Shown: positions 45,904 through 54,840 of the stretch, piece by piece
Position numbering within the stretch: the stretch's first letter is position 1
Layout: each line of letters starts with the position of its first letter
NCBI GenBank assembly: GCA_964523905.1
Contig: CAZFYQ010000005.1
Span: 10,299 to 74,298 of the forward strand
Reading direction: 5' to 3'
Length of the DNA: 64,000 nucleotides
Source: an uncultured Gammaproteobacteria bacterium
Lineage (GTDB): Bacteria > Patescibacteriota > Microgenomatia > Daviesbacterales > UBA10151
Translations under genes and position numbers: made by a program
Notes under the pieces: generated by a model
Told to the model about the DNA's origin: nothing
Seen by the model: the letters and a program-made list of their open reading frames with translations, nothing else
Databases searched by the model: none

Positions 45904-45978
45904 ATTTTCTGGGCAGAATCACCATCTGTTTCTATTTTCCGCCATTTTAATCATCCTTGTCAATAGGGTATTTATATT

Positions 45979-46014
45979 TGACAAACTGTGTACAATTTTA
46001 AACACAGTTTGTCA
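45979..46014. promoter_or_regulatory. perfect 13-bp inverted repeat with 10-bp spacer upstream of mraZ (candidate operator); each arm contains TTGACA-like hexamer
   Basis: TGACAAACTGTGT-acaattttaa-ACACAGTTTGTCA, 75 to 110 nt upstream of the mraZ ATG. Confidence 0.5.
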
Positions 46015-46137
46015 TCCTGAGGAGCGATTAACGACGAAGGATCTCCTACATGAGTCCGCTGACTTCATTAATTAGATTCTTCGCTTCGCTCAGAATGACA
46101 AAAGTGGTACTTTTTGGTGTGACGAGGTGCGACGGTA

Positions 46138-47031
46138 CTATTTAGCAGTTAAGACTGCAAATATTCCAGCTCCATCAGCTTTCCCGGAGAATTTTGAGCC
46201 GGATAATTTGGCATTTAGATCAACCCAGCTACCTTTGGAATCATCATAGCGCATCAGTTTAGCGTCTGCCGGAGGATTATCAGCCAGTTCCAGGCTGACA
46301 TCTCCACCAGGTAAGGTTTTGGCAATCGGCACGTTTAAGGCATACACTTTTCCTAATACTTTTTTACCATCCGGCAGCTTTGGTACACCGGTTAAATCAT
46401 TTATAATAGTAAAACCAACATTAGATAAAGCTTGCCTATCGGCATTAACTTTATAAACCAAATGCCCATCCCCGGAAGTTAAATTACCTAAAGCCACATC
46501 AGGAGCCTGAATATGCCACTGAGTAGCCATTTTGTAGGCAGTATTACCTTTTTTAATATGCAAAGTTAAAGTACCATTTTCAACTCCTGTATCATATTTA
46601 CAAACGTTCTTGCTACAAGTGCCAAATAAAATTTCTTGGCTGTATTCACCCTTTTTCTCTTTGGTATCGATTTCTCCTACCACACCCCGATCAATAGTAC
46701 CAGATCCTGAACCTTCTTCATCCCCGGAATTATTTCCCTGCACCACTGTTTGATCCTGCTTGGAAGTATAGGCCAGTTCATAGGAAATACTATCATAAGA
46801 GGCAGTCCGTTTAAGATTTAACAGTAAGGCATTACCATCTCTTCTGGGAGATAACAGGGCATAAGGACCTTCTGCATCAAATGGTAAGTCAACCTCAGTC
46901 ACTGGTCCCTGACTGGGTGCAAAGAATTTCGAAGCTCCAATAATTCCACCAGCCCCCAGTACTATCAGTGCCACAATAAGTCCGGCAGTTATTTTGTTGG
47001 CGATTAGCCAATTTCTGAGATTATCCATCAC
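46138..47031 (-). CDS. hypothetical secreted/membrane-anchored protein
   Basis: N-terminal TM/signal (ITAGLIVALIVLGAGGIIG) then a beta-rich region. No recognisable family. Confidence 0.5.
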   Translation of the reverse strand: MMDNLRNWLIANKITAGLIVALIVLGAGGIIGASKFFAPSQGPVTEVDLPFDAEGPYALLSPRRDGNALLLNLKRTASYDSISYELAYTSKQDQTVVQGNNSGDEEGSGSGTIDRGVVGEIDTKEKKGEYSQEILFGTCSKNVCKYDTGVENGTLTLHIKKGNTAYKMATQWHIQAPDVALGNLTSGDGHLVYKVNADRQALSNVGFTIINDLTGVPKLPDGKKVLGKVYALNVPIAKTLPGGDVSLELADNPPADAKLMRYDDSKGSWVDLNAKLSGSKFSGKADGAGIFAVLTAK

Positions 47032-48335
47032 TTTATCTTATCACTGAGGTAAGTATTCAAGTCAACTATCTTTACCCGTTCCTGCTTGGCCGTGTCCCGT
47101 TCTCGAACTGTGACCGCCTGATCTTCTAAGCTATCAAAATCTACTGTAATACAAAACGGAGTCCCAATTTCATCTTGAGCCGCATATCTTTTCCCTATAT
47201 TCCCCCTAGCGTCCCAAGCCACCATAAAATCTTGTTTTAAATTGTCATAAATTTGTTTAGCTTTTTCAACCAGTTCTGGTTTATTAGCCAAAAGTGGAAA
47301 CACTGCGGCTTTATAAGGTGCAATTTTAGGAGAAAGCTTTAAAAATACCCGACCTTCCTGCTCTGTATAAGCATCAATGAGTAAAAACAACGTTGAGCGG
47401 TCCACACCGGCGGAAGTTTCAATATCCCATGGTAAATATTCCTCATTAGTTTCCGGGTCCCGATACATCATGCTTTGTCCGCTATACTGTTGATGCCTGG
47501 ATAAATCCCAATCTCCCCGGTGATGAATTCCCATAAATTCAGACCATCCAAACGGCGCGTTATATTCAATATCACAGGCAGCTTTAGCATAATGGGCTCT
47601 TTCAGACTCGGCATGATCCCGGAAACGCAAATTTTCCTTTTTCATTCCCAAAGACAAATAAAAATCCATCCGATTTTGTTTCCAATACTCAAACCACTTC
47701 TCTCCCTCTTTAATTTCCGGCTTAATGTAAAACTGCACTTCCATTTGTTCAAATTCACGGGAGCGGAAAGTAAAATTCCCCGGGGTTATTTCATTTCGAA
47801 AAGCTTTACCAATTTGTGCAATTCCGAAAGGAATCCGCACTCTGGTAGAATCCAATACATTTTTAAAATTAACCTGCACTCCGTTGGTAATTTCTCCCCG
47901 CAAATAAATTTCTGACTGCTTACCTTCTAAAACTCCCAGGTATGCTTTTACCAATAAATTAAATTGCTTAGGCTCAGTCCACTCCACCTTTTTGTCTTTG
48001 TGAGTGGCAGCGTGTTCTTCAATCTCATCTATCTTGTCAGCGCGAAACCGCTGATTACAGATTTTACATTCAATTAACGGATCAGTAAAAGCCTCTACAT
48101 GCCCAGATGCTTCCCAGGCCTTAGGGTTCATCATAATGGCCGCATCAACTCCCACAATATCATCCCGCAGTTGCACCATTTCTTTCCACCACAAATCCTT
48201 TAGATTCTTTTTTAATAATGCTCCAGCTGGACCATAATCCCAGGTCCCTGCTAAACCACCGTATATCTCAGATCCGGGATATATAAATCCCCGTCTTTTA
48301 CATAAAGCTACAATTTTGTCCATTAAGTTATCCAT
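47028..48335 (-). CDS. glyQS: glycine--tRNA ligase (alpha2 dimeric type)
   Basis: MDKIVALCKRRGFIYPGSEIYGGLAGTWDYGPAG is the hallmark GlyRS N-terminus. Class II motifs and a C-terminal anticodon-binding domain are present. Confidence 0.9.
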   Translation of the reverse strand: MDNLMDKIVALCKRRGFIYPGSEIYGGLAGTWDYGPAGALLKKNLKDLWWKEMVQLRDDIVGVDAAIMMNPKAWEASGHVEAFTDPLIECKICNQRFRADKIDEIEEHAATHKDKKVEWTEPKQFNLLVKAYLGVLEGKQSEIYLRGEITNGVQVNFKNVLDSTRVRIPFGIAQIGKAFRNEITPGNFTFRSREFEQMEVQFYIKPEIKEGEKWFEYWKQNRMDFYLSLGMKKENLRFRDHAESERAHYAKAACDIEYNAPFGWSEFMGIHHRGDWDLSRHQQYSGQSMMYRDPETNEEYLPWDIETSAGVDRSTLFLLIDAYTEQEGRVFLKLSPKIAPYKAAVFPLLANKPELVEKAKQIYDNLKQDFMVAWDARGNIGKRYAAQDEIGTPFCITVDFDSLEDQAVTVRERDTAKQERVKIVDLNTYLSDKIK

Positions 48336-48975
48336 ACTTTAAAAATCCTCTACTCTTCAACTTCCCTTCAATTACTCTTTCTAAATGATAACGCAGAACC
48401 CTCTCCAGTTCCATAGCCTCTTTTTGATTAACCGGGATCTTCTCAATTTGATCCCAAGATAAAGTTTCCAGTTTTTTAAGTAAATCCCCTGCTTCTCCCA
48501 CCAGTCCACCCACTCCAGCACCTTCTTCTTTAAAACCAATAAATCCTAAATCAGCTAAAACTTTAGCCTCAAAAGCCCTAATTAAAATCTGCCGCGGTTT
48601 AATAGACAGTCTTCTTAAAACTTGCAGAAGGTGTTCATATAAGATCCGGTTTTCCTGATTTTCTACTGTCAGTTTGTTAACCAGTTCAATAATATGGAAA
48701 GCATAGGTAGATAGGGTTAAATCCTCCTTTAGCTTGGAAAAAGTTTCTAAACTTTCTGCCTCGGTCAGAATTGGCATGCCCTTTCCCACATATAAATACA
48801 TCTGTACGCGGTTTAGCAGCTCAACATTCCCGGCGCGCCGGGAAGTTACTCTTCTAACCCCCTTAGCCACTATGGAAATTTTCCCTTTTTGAAGTGTAAA
48901 AACAGTTAAAACGCGATCCGCCTCCCCAAAATCTTTTCTTTTTAACACAATCCCTTCACACTTAAATGATGGCAT
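48328..48975 (-). CDS. recO: DNA repair protein RecO
   Basis: GIVLKRKDFGEADRVLTVFTLQKGKISIVAKGVRR is a RecO N-terminal OB-fold signature. Length 215 aa. Confidence 0.8.
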   Translation of the reverse strand: MPSFKCEGIVLKRKDFGEADRVLTVFTLQKGKISIVAKGVRRVTSRRAGNVELLNRVQMYLYVGKGMPILTEAESLETFSKLKEDLTLSTYAFHIIELVNKLTVENQENRILYEHLLQVLRRLSIKPRQILIRAFEAKVLADLGFIGFKEEGAGVGGLVGEAGDLLKKLETLSWDQIEKIPVNQKEAMELERVLRYHLERVIEGKLKSRGFLKYG

Positions 48976-48981
48976 GAGTAG

Positions 48982-49047
48982 GACTATATCACGAAGTCAT
49001 ACAGGAAGCGAAGCGACTATATCACGAAGTCATACAGGAAGCGAAGC
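48982..49047. repeat. perfect tandem direct repeat, 2 x 33 nt, plus a 9-nt third partial unit
   Basis: gactatatcacgaagtcatacaggaagcgaagc occurs at 48982-49014 and 49015-49047, followed by gactagatc. It lies between the recO start and the stop of the DUF4012 gene. Confidence 0.85.
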
Positions 49048-49049
49048 GA

Positions 49050-50921
49050 CTAGATCCCAAATTTAATTTCTTCATCACTGGTTAGGTTTAAATCAGCTTT
49101 GGTAAAAGCGCCGTTTTTGATGATGTAATGAAAGTCTTTGGCGCCGGGCTGTTTTTGGATTAACAGCTGATATTGGCCTTTTGGCTGGTAGGGAATTTGG
49201 TATTCAAATTCCAGTTTTCTGGTATTGCCCGGCCTCACTTGGATAAAGGCATCAAAGACAGTTTTCCCCAGCTCATCAAAAGTGTGCACTGCATCTTCCG
49301 AGCCTTTGGAGGAAATTAGTTTACTACCGGCTGGAACATAGACTCTGACATAATCACGATTAATTCCATTTAACCAGGTGGCAAAGGCTTTGGCATTTTT
49401 ATATTCAATAGTGATTTTTTTAGTCACTTTACCACCAGAAATATTAATTTCCTGAGTGACTGTTTGATCAACATATAAATTAGACTTCCCCCCAGCAAAA
49501 TTAGAATCATTAATCGCCAGATAATCTCCATTATAATTTTGAATTTGACCAGTCCAGTTTAGTTTGGACAATGCCGCTTCTAAATTAGCATCATGCATAT
49601 AAAACAGCACATGCTTTTCATTGGCTAAGGTAGCTAAAGTTTCGATCAGGGCTGGTAGTTTAGCAACATCACTGCCTAATGAATGAGATAGAATTTGTTG
49701 CATCAAAACGCCCAGCACAGCCTTGCGATCTGCCTGACCCTTGGCAGCAATTTCCGCATAGGATTCCAACTCATAAATTACGTTAGGACAACTACATCTT
49801 TGATCAATTTTATCCGAATAAGTAGTACCATTAACATCAATCGGTCCGGTAATACCGATTAGCTCCTCCACTACCTGGGTATCAATATAAATAATTCCAT
49901 CAAATGGTAAGCCTTGACCAAGCAAACTATACATTGTTTCAAATTCTTTGGCCGAAGTTGGTACATCCGGAGATAAATTAGAATCGCGCATACTCCAAGC
50001 CGAACGTGTCTTACCATCAGCTTCCGGCAAGTATTTTACAATCGGAGCCGGAGGAGTTAGGGGACAAATTTTCTTTTGACATACTTGCAGCAATTTTTCA
50101 TCCAAACGGTAAATATCATCGGATGATGTAGCGCTAACCTGGCCGTTACTTAGCTGCATGGTAGCATAGGCTGTCATAAACCCACCAGTGGCCCTAATTT
50201 CTTTGTCATTTTGGAAAAGCAGTAAATAATTTTTACTGGAAGGAATTCCTAGCGCTCCCGGAGCCAATCTTAAAGCATCTTTACCCTGTCCAACTGCCAC
50301 TCCAGCTCCCAAAATAAAGTTTTTGGCTACTTCAATATTTTGACGGACATTTTTGCCCCCAATTTTATCAGGATACTTTGTCGTATCAATTCCTTTGACA
50401 TCATCAGCCCCTTTTTGGAAATTAGCCGCCACTTTATCCAAAATCGGCACTGTTTTATCCAAAATCTTTAGTCCTTGTGAAATACGATCCGGTCCGGATT
50501 TAGGATGCCCATCAAATCCTAGCTCGGCCTTACTAGGAGCTAAATTGTCGAAGATAGTAGTTAAACCAGTTAAATCCGCCACCCCACCAGACACCAACCC
50601 TTGGACATCAGAATAATATCCACCGGCAATTGGTACAATTTTTAGCCAAATTAGAAAAGTTAAGGCAAAATTTACTTGTTGCAATCCACCTTTGGTAGCA
50701 TTAGCTTCATTTCTGATCTGATCAAAATTTTGAGCCTTATAAGCTTCTACCAAACTTTTTCCATGAGCAGATACTTGCTTAAAACCTAAGTAAATAAATA
50801 TTGAAGGAATAATCAAGGCAATTAGTAAAACCACCAGCACTCTCACTAAATTCTTTTTAAAAGCTGAGGGCTTTTTTTTACTAAAACTTTGTTTTTCTAG
50901 TCTTTTGTTTAAATTAATCAT
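49050..50921 (-). CDS. DUF4012 domain-containing protein (secreted, polysaccharide-locus associated)
   Basis: N-terminal TM helix. FQNDKEIRATGGFMTAYATMQLSNGQ matches the DUF4012 core (FQNNAEIRxTGGF). It overlaps the downstream sugar transferase by 4 nt. Confidence 0.7.
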   Translation of the reverse strand: MINLNKRLEKQSFSKKKPSAFKKNLVRVLVVLLIALIIPSIFIYLGFKQVSAHGKSLVEAYKAQNFDQIRNEANATKGGLQQVNFALTFLIWLKIVPIAGGYYSDVQGLVSGGVADLTGLTTIFDNLAPSKAELGFDGHPKSGPDRISQGLKILDKTVPILDKVAANFQKGADDVKGIDTTKYPDKIGGKNVRQNIEVAKNFILGAGVAVGQGKDALRLAPGALGIPSSKNYLLLFQNDKEIRATGGFMTAYATMQLSNGQVSATSSDDIYRLDEKLLQVCQKKICPLTPPAPIVKYLPEADGKTRSAWSMRDSNLSPDVPTSAKEFETMYSLLGQGLPFDGIIYIDTQVVEELIGITGPIDVNGTTYSDKIDQRCSCPNVIYELESYAEIAAKGQADRKAVLGVLMQQILSHSLGSDVAKLPALIETLATLANEKHVLFYMHDANLEAALSKLNWTGQIQNYNGDYLAINDSNFAGGKSNLYVDQTVTQEINISGGKVTKKITIEYKNAKAFATWLNGINRDYVRVYVPAGSKLISSKGSEDAVHTFDELGKTVFDAFIQVRPGNTRKLEFEYQIPYQPKGQYQLLIQKQPGAKDFHYIIKNGAFTKADLNLTSDEEIKFGI

Positions 50922-51553
50922 ACCGCTCCCTTACCCGACAGCACTGCCGGGATAGTTTTTAAAAGTAGCCACAGATCGTAAAAAACTGATCTTTTTTCTA
51001 CATACGAGGCATCCATTTGCACTCTTTTATCAAAGTTAATTTCCGATCTTCCTGATACCTGCCAGATCCCGGTTATTCCTGGTTTACCGGATAAAATAAT
51101 CTTAACATATTTTCTAGATGCCGGATATTCTGCTTGCTGGTGTTCCAACTCATCCGGATAATAAGCTCTTGGACCAACTAAACTCATCTCCCCCCGAGCT
51201 ACGTTAATTAGTTGAGGCAACTCATCTAGGGAATACTTTCTGATAAATTTACCAACCTGGGTAATACGAGGATCATTATATAGCTTGTAACTGCCTTTTT
51301 TGTATTCCTGGTAAAGTTCTTGAAATTTTGGATCAGTCCGCAGTAAATCATGAGCATTGGAAATCATAGATCTAAATTTAAACATCCTAAATTGTTTACC
51401 CTCTTTGCCTACTCTCATTGGAGTATCAGCAAATACCGGTCCCACTGAATCCATTTTTATCGCGATCGCGACCAGTAAAAAGATGGGGGATAAAATAATT
51501 AACCCAATAGCTGCTCCAATTAAATCAATCAGTCTTTTAATTAAACTATACAT
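50918..51553 (-). CDS. sugar transferase (undecaprenyl-phosphate hexose-1-phosphate transferase, WbaP/EpsL C-terminal-domain type)
   Basis: IKRLIDLIGAAIGLIILSPIFLLVAIAIK...GKEGKQFRMFKFRSM...DELPQLINVARGEMSLVGPR are bacterial sugar transferase (PF02397) hallmarks. Confidence 0.85.
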   Translation of the reverse strand: MYSLIKRLIDLIGAAIGLIILSPIFLLVAIAIKMDSVGPVFADTPMRVGKEGKQFRMFKFRSMISNAHDLLRTDPKFQELYQEYKKGSYKLYNDPRITQVGKFIRKYSLDELPQLINVARGEMSLVGPRAYYPDELEHQQAEYPASRKYVKIILSGKPGITGIWQVSGRSEINFDKRVQMDASYVEKRSVFYDLWLLLKTIPAVLSGKGAV

Positions 51554-51564
51554 GCTTTTATATA

Positions 51565-52572
51565 CTACACTAAAGCTACCACTGCTTTCTTAAAATTATC
51601 TTTAAATATCTCTTTACTAAAGTTTGCCGCATTTTCCCGGCATTTTTGAGGATCAAATTTAAGATGCTCCAATTTTTTAATGGCTGCTACTAAACTTTCA
51701 ACCGTTTGATCTTCAAAAAAAATTCCGGTTTCATCTTTAATGACAGTTTCTAAAGCCCCACCTTTAGCAAAGGCGATCACCGGTTTACCTAAAGCCTGCG
51801 CCTCCAAAGCTGATAACCCAAAATCTTCAATCCCAGCAATTACCAAGGCTTTACAACCAGACATTATTTTTACTACTATTTCATCTGATAAACCGCCTTG
51901 GATAACTTTTAATTCAATATCTAAACTGCGACAAGCAGCTTTTACTAAATCCACTTTTTTGTAATTATTTGGTCTGGCCACAACCACAAGATACCCGCCA
52001 TCAAATGTTTCAATATTTTTAAATCTGTCCAGATCTATAAACGGATAAACCACTTTAGACTGTTGATGATAAATTTTGGCAATCCTTTTTTGGGCATTGA
52101 TAGACCCGGCTAAGAAATGGTCCACCCGACTGGCGCTAACCTGATCATAAATCCGCAGTTTACTAAGCAAGACTTCCCCCCAGCCAAAATGCGGTAATCC
52201 GGAAAAATGCCATAGAAATCTCGGCGGAGTATGACAATAACAAATATGCACTGTTTCTGGTTTAGTAACTATCGCTTTAGCAAACCGGGTGGTATGAGAA
52301 ATTACCAAATCAAAACCATCAAAATTAAACTGTTCAAAAGCAATTGGATACAAAGGCAGTAAGGTTTTATATAAGCTGATGGCCCCGGGAATTTTCTGCA
52401 AAAAGGATGTAATAATTTTTTTCTTACCAAATTTCTGTTTTAAAATTGGATTATTTTGATTAAATAAGGAAGTAAAAATTGGCGCTTCCGGATATATTTC
52501 ACATAAACCCTCTAAGACTCTTTCTGCCCCACCCCATTGCACTAAATCATCATGAACTATTGCAACTCGCAT
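51565..52572 (-). CDS. glycosyltransferase family 4
   Basis: GT-B fold. MRVAIVHDDLVQWGGAERVL N-terminus and a C-terminal E..G...LEAQALGKPVIA motif. Confidence 0.8.
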   Translation of the reverse strand: MRVAIVHDDLVQWGGAERVLEGLCEIYPEAPIFTSLFNQNNPILKQKFGKKKIITSFLQKIPGAISLYKTLLPLYPIAFEQFNFDGFDLVISHTTRFAKAIVTKPETVHICYCHTPPRFLWHFSGLPHFGWGEVLLSKLRIYDQVSASRVDHFLAGSINAQKRIAKIYHQQSKVVYPFIDLDRFKNIETFDGGYLVVVARPNNYKKVDLVKAACRSLDIELKVIQGGLSDEIVVKIMSGCKALVIAGIEDFGLSALEAQALGKPVIAFAKGGALETVIKDETGIFFEDQTVESLVAAIKKLEHLKFDPQKCRENAANFSKEIFKDNFKKAVVALV

Positions 52573-53648
52573 TTTTCGTATACCTCCAAAGTTTGCTGTG
52601 CAAGATGTTTCCAGCTAAATAATTTTACTCGCGTTTGTCCTTTTTTAATCAATTCCTTTCTTAAACTTGCTGATTCAATAACTGAGGATATTTTATTCGC
52701 CATTTCTGGGATATTTTTCGGGTTAAAATAAATCGCCGCCTCCCCTCCCACTTCTGGTAAACTCCCAGCACTAGAGGAAACTACTGGCGCACCCAAAGCC
52801 ATTGCTTCCAGTATTGGTATACCAAATCCCTCCTCAAACGACGGTTCAATATAGGCTACTGCGTTTTGATACAAAGCAGTCAGCTGAATATCTGTTACAA
52901 AACCTGTATAAATAATATCCGGGTCTCGATATTTTTCCTGAAGTCTTTGCCAAAAATAACTACTTTTACCAACCAAAACTAATTTCAATGAAGCATTAGT
53001 TTTTTTCAATATTTGAAAGGCCTTTAATAAACCTTCCACATTTTTGTGTGGATGCGCATTACCGACAAATAAAATATATTTGCCATTAATTTCTGTCTTA
53101 GTTTTTGATTGATTTAATAATCGATCATCAGCAGCCTCATTAGTGATGGTAATTTTTTGTCCCTGCAAATTAGTTTCATTAATTAATTGTTCCTTAACAT
53201 GTTTGGAGGGTACTAAAATATGAACAGATTTTTTAATAGCATGATTAAACACTTTAGAATATCCAATTTGCTTTAGCTGATAAACTAGTGGTCCATGAGT
53301 TGTCGAATGTTGCAGATTAAAATGCCTGTGAATCAAGTCATGAATTGTTACCACAAATTTGCCTTTATAAAAAACCGGCACATTAAAATGTGGAAAATGC
53401 ATCAGATCTAAATTATATTTATTTAGCAGTGCTGGAAATTTAAATTGTTCAGCCATTCCATACCAGGGAAAATCAGCCGCAACTGCTTTAAAATTGGCAC
53501 TGATTTTAAAATCAGCTAAATCCTTGGATAACATAAAAACCACATACTGATTTTCTTTATCCAATAGCTGCAGATTAGAAATTAAATTCCGGATATAACG
53601 GCCAACGCCGGATTCATTATAAAAACGCGCGTCAATGCCAATGATCAT
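52557..53648 (-). CDS. glycosyltransferase family 4
   Basis: C-terminal EGFGIPILEAMALGAPVVSSSAGSLPEVGG is the GT4 EX7E region. Confidence 0.85.
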   Translation of the reverse strand: MIIGIDARFYNESGVGRYIRNLISNLQLLDKENQYVVFMLSKDLADFKISANFKAVAADFPWYGMAEQFKFPALLNKYNLDLMHFPHFNVPVFYKGKFVVTIHDLIHRHFNLQHSTTHGPLVYQLKQIGYSKVFNHAIKKSVHILVPSKHVKEQLINETNLQGQKITITNEAADDRLLNQSKTKTEINGKYILFVGNAHPHKNVEGLLKAFQILKKTNASLKLVLVGKSSYFWQRLQEKYRDPDIIYTGFVTDIQLTALYQNAVAYIEPSFEEGFGIPILEAMALGAPVVSSSAGSLPEVGGEAAIYFNPKNIPEMANKISSVIESASLRKELIKKGQTRVKLFSWKHLAQQTLEVYEKCELQ

Positions 53649-54832
53649 TTTTTGGCCAGGCCCTCATAAATCTGGCTTAGATTTTTGGCAATCTGGTCCC
53701 AGTTATTTTTTTGCTCAACTAATTTTTTAGCATTTTGGGCAATTTTTTTAGCTAACACAGGATCATTAATTACCTCAATTGCTGCTTTGGCAAGTTCACC
53801 GGGATTATCTCGCAAAATCACTTCAAGTCCATCTTTGGCATCAATTCCTCCAATACCAATCGAGGTAGTTACAACCGGCAGACCTGAAGCAAATGCTTCA
53901 AAGTTTTTATATCTGGTTCCTCCTCCACCATAAATTGGTGCAACGAGTACCCAAGCCTGTTGATAAACCTCACGAACATCAGCAACTTCATCTACTCTAA
54001 TATTTGATCCTTCTAAATGATGGAAAAAGTTTTTAGCATCCTTACCAATAATCCAAAGTTTGGCACTTGGAATACTTTGGCTAATAGTTGGCCAGACTTT
54101 GCTTATTAAAATCTTGACTGCTTCTCTATTTTGTAACCAGGTAAAGTTTCCTAAGTATAAAACTACCGGTTCTTTAAACCTCTTACTTACTACCTTACTA
54201 AAATAAGCTGTATCCACCCCATTTGGCACAATTTCTGAGCGCAGTCCAGGCAACTGAAACTTCATTGTTTTCTCATCCTCATCTGACATGGCAGCTACCA
54301 CTGTAGCTTTCTCCCAAAATCTTTTCTCCCAAAGTTTTAGCTTTTCGACATCTATGTACAGAAAAGGCTTCAAGAAAAGCAAAGAAAATTCATCGACAAA
54401 ATGTTTATAAACTAAATATTCAATAGTTTGTTCTACAAGCAAAACTGGTATGTTAGTTTCCGGCAAATGAGGCATTACATAAAAAGTTTCCGCATGAATT
54501 AAATCAAATTGCTCTTTTTTTAATTTTTCCTCAATCGCCGCTTTTTCTCCCTTAGCCCAATTTCTAATTACCAAAAAGGGATAGACTGAAAAGCCGGTTC
54601 TTAAAATATTGGTAAATGTCCACGGTTTTTCCGGACGATTAAATACTCGAACTTCCTGACAATATTTTTCCAGCTCCGAGACATATTGTTTTTCTTTTTC
54701 ACTTTTTACTAGACAAAACAATGTAATTTGATGACCGAGGGAAGATAATCTTTTAATTAAGTTGTATGAACGGGTCTGACCACCTGTTAGTAATGGATAC
54801 GGCAGATATGGAGTCAGCATTAGCACTTTCAT
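53645..54832 (-). CDS. glycosyltransferase family 4
   Basis: GT-B fold with GGGTRYKNFEAFASGLPVVTT motif. Confidence 0.8.
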   Translation of the reverse strand: MKVLMLTPYLPYPLLTGGQTRSYNLIKRLSSLGHQITLFCLVKSEKEKQYVSELEKYCQEVRVFNRPEKPWTFTNILRTGFSVYPFLVIRNWAKGEKAAIEEKLKKEQFDLIHAETFYVMPHLPETNIPVLLVEQTIEYLVYKHFVDEFSLLFLKPFLYIDVEKLKLWEKRFWEKATVVAAMSDEDEKTMKFQLPGLRSEIVPNGVDTAYFSKVVSKRFKEPVVLYLGNFTWLQNREAVKILISKVWPTISQSIPSAKLWIIGKDAKNFFHHLEGSNIRVDEVADVREVYQQAWVLVAPIYGGGGTRYKNFEAFASGLPVVTTSIGIGGIDAKDGLEVILRDNPGELAKAAIEVINDPVLAKKIAQNAKKLVEQKNNWDQIAKNLSQIYEGLAKK

Positions 54833-54840
54833 GTTTATGT

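Noticed and set aside
48982-49047. Possible CRISPR array
   Set aside because: There are only two perfect 33-nt units plus a 9-nt partial, with no intervening unique spacers and no cas genes in the window. It is a simple tandem duplication.
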